From assembly GCA_016208685.1 (NCBI GenBank), contig JACQXM010000044.1, positions 5,349-69,348 of the forward strand: DNA of 64,000 nucleotides. The letters are read 5' to 3'. This document shows positions 60,181-64,000 of this stretch, in pieces. Numbering within the stretch: the first letter of the stretch is position 1; the number at the start of each line of letters is the position of its first letter. The notes under the pieces were generated by a model, which had not been told where the DNA came from, did no database searches, and worked only from the letters and a program-made list of their open reading frames with translations. Position numbers and translations under genes: made by a program. Origin of the DNA: Planctomycetota bacterium. Its GTDB lineage: Bacteria; Planctomycetota; Phycisphaerae; UBA1845.

Positions 60181-60828
60181 ATGGGGCGTGCCTGCACCAA
60201 CCCGGGCGATGAGGGCGTGCTGCCCGACGAGGCCATCATGCTCGATGCGCCGCGCGACGGGGAGGTCGTCGACCCTCTGGCATGGTACGACACGCCGGGG
60301 CCGTTCGAGCTGGAGATCGGCTGCGGCAAGGGCGGCTTTCTGCTGGCCCGCGCCCGGGCGCATCCCGAGCTTCGACTGCTGGGCATCGAGTGGGCCAACA
60401 AGTTCTACCGCTACGGTGCCAACCGCATGGCACGCTGGGGCCTGACCAACGTGCGGGTCATGCGCACCGATGCGCGGACGTTCGTGCTGCGGAGCCTGCC
60501 TCCGACGTGCCTGGCGGCGCTGCACCTTTACCACCCCGACCCGTGGCCCAAGAAGCGGCATCACAAGCGGCGGCTGGTTCAGGGGGATTTCGTGGCCGCG
60601 GCGGTGCGCGCTCTTGTCCCCGGCGCGCGGTGGTACGTGCAGTCCGACCACGAGGAGTATTTCGCCCAGATTCGTTCGCTTTTGAGCGCCCGGGCGGAGC
60701 TGCGCGAGCTGTCCGACGCCGAGTTCGACTGGCAGGGGGCCGAATGGGCGGCGGGCACCAACTACGAGATCAAGTACCGCCGGAAGGGACGGGCGATCTT
60801 TCGTGCGGCGTATGAACGCGCGCGGTAA
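60181..60828 (+). CDS. trmB: tRNA (guanine-N7)-methyltransferase
   Basis: ELEIGCGKG, LLGIE, HPDPWPKKRHHKRRL, SDHEEYF, TNYEIKY. Confidence 0.93.
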   Translation: MGRACTNPGDEGVLPDEAIMLDAPRDGEVVDPLAWYDTPGPFELEIGCGKGGFLLARARAHPELRLLGIEWANKFYRYGANRMARWGLTNVRVMRTDARTFVLRSLPPTCLAALHLYHPDPWPKKRHHKRRLVQGDFVAAAVRALVPGARWYVQSDHEEYFAQIRSLLSARAELRELSDAEFDWQGAEWAAGTNYEIKYRRKGRAIFRAAYERAR

Positions 60829-60857
60829 CGTGGCCGGCAGGGGCCCGGAATGGCGGC

Positions 60858-60939
60858 TGGTGCGAGAATCCCGTCTCGCACCAAGGCATCCCACGGCTCC
60901 GCCCGTTCGGCGGGTTGACCCTCCACCGGAGGGTCAACT
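60858..60939. terminator. Two strong hairpins downstream of trmB (terminator/REP-like)
   Basis: TGGTGCGAGA-ATCCCG-TCTCGCACCA and GTTGACCCTCC-ACC-GGAGGGTCAAC; no poly-T tail. Confidence 0.4.
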
Positions 60940-61755
60940 GCTCCCGCCTCACCCTCCGCTTTGCGGCCAGTGAGTTGTCCGGCGGTGGTAACTCGGTGGG
61001 CGGAGCGTAGCGTTGCGTGGCTGGCGGACCTACGGTGACCGTCGGCCGCCACGCTGTCGCGCTGAGCCGCCAACGAAGAGCCACCGAAGTTCTCAGTGGC
61101 GCGTTGATCTCCCCGAAGCCGCCGCACACGGGAAATCCTCTCGGATTCAATGGCAGTTTTGGCAGGGCTTTGACCCCCCGCAAAACGCGCAACCTAAAGT
61201 CCGAGCGGCGGTTACGTCATGGCAGGCCGCTGGGGTCCGACATGGGATTATGGGACGCTGCCGTATGCGTGTCAAGCATCGGCATCCGCACCAGGAAACG
61301 CGCGGTGAGAGCGCCCGTGCGCTCGCGTCAGGGCGGAACCTCCCAGCGGCCGGCGGGTCGTGATCGAGGCGCGACGGCCTCCCAAATCGCACCCCCGCGC
61401 CATCGCGCGGCGTACGCATGACGCGGCACGGCAGACCTTCCGGGCTCAGGGCACCGGCAAAACGGGCCGCGATGGACACGAAGCGAAACGCAGCGCGGCC
61501 GGCGCCCCATGAGTTTTGCCCCAGAAGGCGATCCGCGCGGGAGGGCAGCACGACCCCGTCGCGTCGTGCCCGCGACCACAAGCCGCCGCGGCGAGCCTGG
61601 CAACGCCGCCGGGCGCTGCTCGAAGGGCGTCCGTACAAAATCCGAACTTGGGCGCGGATTTTCCTTGACGCGCCCGGGGCGCGGGTACAATCGGACCAAA
61701 GAAGCAGCAACGGGCTTCAGGGAGGAAGCTCGCCACGGTCCAAGGACGGACGAAC

Positions 61756-62133
61756 ATGCGAATCTACAAGCTCACCAACTTTGTACTGGACCTGATCGCG
61801 GCTCTCGACTCCGGGAGGTGTCAGGATGTCACGCTCGAGGAGGTGCGGCAGCAGGTCGTCGACGGCACGGTTTTCGAATTCCTCAACCGCCGGCTCGAAT
61901 TCAACGGGGCGCTCAGCGTACTGGAACCCGTGGATCGCCTGGAGCTGCTGCTCGAGTGGGAGATGCTCCACGCCAGGATGGGACCGTACGTCTATCAGGG
62001 GCTGCGCAACGGACTGTGTGTGCTGCTCAATTACCTGCTGGAGGGCATCGCCCGCCGTGCCGAAACCCGAGATTACCGGCTGACGCCGGAGACCTGTGGG
62101 GCCGCGGTCGCCGGAGGTGAGGGGAATCGATAA
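61756..62133 (+). CDS. Hypothetical protein (125 aa)
   Basis: Normal globular composition, AAGGA RBS-like sequence, TTGACG...TACAAT promoter-like pair at 61665-61691. Confidence 0.65.
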   Translation: MRIYKLTNFVLDLIAALDSGRCQDVTLEEVRQQVVDGTVFEFLNRRLEFNGALSVLEPVDRLELLLEWEMLHARMGPYVYQGLRNGLCVLLNYLLEGIARRAETRDYRLTPETCGAAVAGGEGNR

Positions 62134-62218
62134 CACCAGAACGAACACCGTCGCGCCTTGGCGATGGTCGGACGATGGACCGTCCGGCCCGGCGCTACGC
62201 TCATGGAGGAGCCATCGC

Positions 62219-63550
62219 ATGCAGATCAAAACTATCCCCATCAAGCGCATCAACCCCGCGACCTACAACCCGCGCGTCGACCTCCAACCGGGCGACGCCG
62301 ACTACGACAAGCTACAGCGCAGTCTGGAGGAGTTCGGCTGCGTCGAACCCCTGGTCTGGAATCGGCGGACCGGCAACCTGGTGGGTGGGCATCAGCGGCT
62401 GAAGATCCTCGCGGCGCAGGGCGAAGCGCAGGTCGAGGTCTCGGTGGTCGACCTGCCGCTGCCCCGCGAGCAGGCGCTCAACCTGGCGCTCAACAAGATC
62501 GGCGGCGACTGGGACGAGCGCAAGCTCGCCGACCTGCTCACCGGCCTGGCGGAGATTCCGGAGTTCGACGTCGGGCTGACGGGCTTCGACTCCACCGAGA
62601 TCACCAACCTCCTCGACCGGCTCGAGGCCCTGGAGGCCGAGGATGACTTCGATCTCGCCGACGCCCTGGCGGCCGCAGACTGTCAAGAGCCTGTCACCCA
62701 GCCGGGGGAACTCCTCGAACTCGGACGACACCGTCTGCTCTGCGGCGACGCGGTCCAGCCCGACGACCTCGCCCGCCTGCTCGTCGGCGACAAGGCCGAC
62801 CTGGTGTTCACCGACCCGCCCTACAACGTGAACTACTACGGCGGGAACCGTCCCACGCCGCACAAGGCGCGGCCCAAGCGCAGCCGCTCCTGGAAGCGGA
62901 TCTACATGGACGACCTGAACCAGGACGAGTACGAGGCGTGGCTCGCTCGGATCATGCGCAACCTGCTTTCGGCGCTGGCTCCGGGCGCTGCCGTCTACGT
63001 CTGGAACGGCCACAAGCAATTTGGCCCCATGCACGCCTTGATGACAGAAGCCGGCGCGCACGTCTCTTGCGTTCTGGTGTGGGCCAAGGAGTCCTTCGCC
63101 ATCGGCTACGGCGATTACTCGCAGCAGACGGAGTTCTGTCTCTACGGCTGGAAGGCGCAACGCAAAGGTGGGGGCGAGAAGTCCGCGCATCGTTGGTATG
63201 GCCCAACGAACGAATCGACGCTCTGGCAGGTGCATCGCGATCGCACCCGCGAATATCGACACCCCACGCAGAAGCCCCTGGCCCTGGCGGAGCGTGCCCT
63301 GCGCAACAGCAGTCGGCGCGGGGAGACCGTCCTGGACCTGTTCCTCGGCTCGGGCAGTACGCTGATTGCCGCGGAGCGCCTGGAGCGCCGCTGCCTGGGG
63401 ATGGAGATCGATCCCCGCTACTGCGACGCCATCGTGCGCCGCTACCTGGCCTTCATGGGCGATCGCGCACCGAATCATCTGCTTGAGCGCTACCGCCTGC
63501 CCAGCGATGACGCGGCGAAGCAGGCACACCTCGCGGAGGCCACGGCATGA
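62219..63550 (+). CDS. ParB-like N-terminal domain plus DNA N6-A/N4-C methyltransferase (phage/mobile-element type)
   Basis: NPATYNPR, SLEEFG.VEPLVWN, VGGHQRL (ParB); HRLLCGD, TDPPYN, HPTQKP, VLDLFLGSGSTLIA, EIDPRYCD; GGAGGAG RBS. Confidence 0.92.
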   Translation: MQIKTIPIKRINPATYNPRVDLQPGDADYDKLQRSLEEFGCVEPLVWNRRTGNLVGGHQRLKILAAQGEAQVEVSVVDLPLPREQALNLALNKIGGDWDERKLADLLTGLAEIPEFDVGLTGFDSTEITNLLDRLEALEAEDDFDLADALAAADCQEPVTQPGELLELGRHRLLCGDAVQPDDLARLLVGDKADLVFTDPPYNVNYYGGNRPTPHKARPKRSRSWKRIYMDDLNQDEYEAWLARIMRNLLSALAPGAAVYVWNGHKQFGPMHALMTEAGAHVSCVLVWAKESFAIGYGDYSQQTEFCLYGWKAQRKGGGEKSAHRWYGPTNESTLWQVHRDRTREYRHPTQKPLALAERALRNSSRRGETVLDLFLGSGSTLIAAERLERRCLGMEIDPRYCDAIVRRYLAFMGDRAPNHLLERYRLPSDDAAKQAHLAEATA

Positions 63551-64000
63551 CCCCCGCAGCCCCCAACCCGCCAAACGAGGCTGGCCCCGACCCGGAGCCG
63601 GTGCTGGTGCTCATCAAGCAGATCAAGGAGAACCGGCTCGATCCCGCGCTGCTCTCCGCCGAGGACCGCCGCCGCTGCGTGGACGTGCTGGGCGCCGAAG
63701 GCTACAGCGTGCCGGAGATCGCCCAGATCCTCAAACGCGGCGAGCGCACCATCTACCGCGATCGCTTGGAACTGCGTGCCGCGCACGCCCTGGTGGTCCA
63801 TCCGCAGTTGGCGCTACAAATGGCGGGCGATCTCGTCCGGCAGGCGGAAGGCTCGATCGCCCGGTTGCGGCGCATCGCCCGCGAGCCGGCCGCCTCGGCG
63901 ATGGAGCGGAGCATGGCCGAGGCGGCGGCCTTCAAGGTCCATCTGGACCTGATCAGCAAGCTCCAGTCGATGGGCTACCTGCCGCGCATTCCCACCAACG
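63547..64000 (+). CDS. HTH-containing mobile-element protein (partial, runs off the right edge)
   Basis: ATGA overlap with the MTase stop; manual translation includes EGYSVPEIAQILKRGERTIYRD (HTH) and KLQSMGYLP. Confidence 0.7.
   Translation, partial: MTPAAPNPPNEAGPDPEPVLVLIKQIKENRLDPALLSAEDRRRCVDVLGAEGYSVPEIAQILKRGERTIYRDRLELRAAHALVVHPQLALQMAGDLVRQAEGSIARLRRIAREPAASAMERSMAEAAAFKVHLDLISKLQSMGYLPRIPTN

Larger units (their letters stand above)
61000..64000 (+). mobile_element. Probable left end of a prophage/integrative element
   Basis: A ParB-MTase plus HTH pair typical of phage/ICE modules, after a long non-coding stretch downstream of core gene trmB. No integrase or att site is visible and the boundary is approximate. 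Confidence 0.5.

Noticed and set aside
60850-60885. tRNA 3' end/att site (GAATCCC...CCA) after trmB
   Set aside because: No GTTC T-loop or cloverleaf; it is explained by a simple hairpin.

Overview
GC-rich bacterial window, most consistent with a Phycisphaerae (Planctomycetota) genome. This is inferred from IPTL-CTERM tails, dockerin-like GDxDGDGDVD modules, REP-like hairpins and apparent leaderless genes. From left to right it holds: a partial TPR/beta-barrel gene with two small secreted peptides; rdgB; a SPOR-like lipoprotein; a subtilase that has lost its catalytic triad; a TetR-DUF1761-SRPBCC operon; and a sigma54-activator/STAS/ECF-sigma module. Next is a ~20 kb sugar-oxidation, redox and envelope cluster (GH63, glucose dehydrogenase, aquaporin, GMC, VOC, ferric reductase-Rieske, DoxX-DinB-NRDE-DedA/ATP-grasp, OlsF-like, tandem SMP-30, GlcG-cupin), whose units share a four-copy GTAAC-N15/16-GCATC promoter-like motif. 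Then come a secreted polyprotein with an internal IPTL-CTERM, a DUF362 gene, a methyltransferase, AraC-GyrI, an ATL gene and a GT-C glycosyltransferase island. The most unusual locus follows: a (GD)35-Hint autoprocessing giant protein, two distantly paralogous secreted partner genes and an orphan copy of the post-Hint sequence, resembling a polymorphic toxin/immunity locus. The window ends with trmB and the probable left end of a prophage/integrative element (ParB-DNA methyltransferase, HTH). No rRNA, tRNA or CRISPR array was seen. All family calls come from motif recognition by eye, not database searches.
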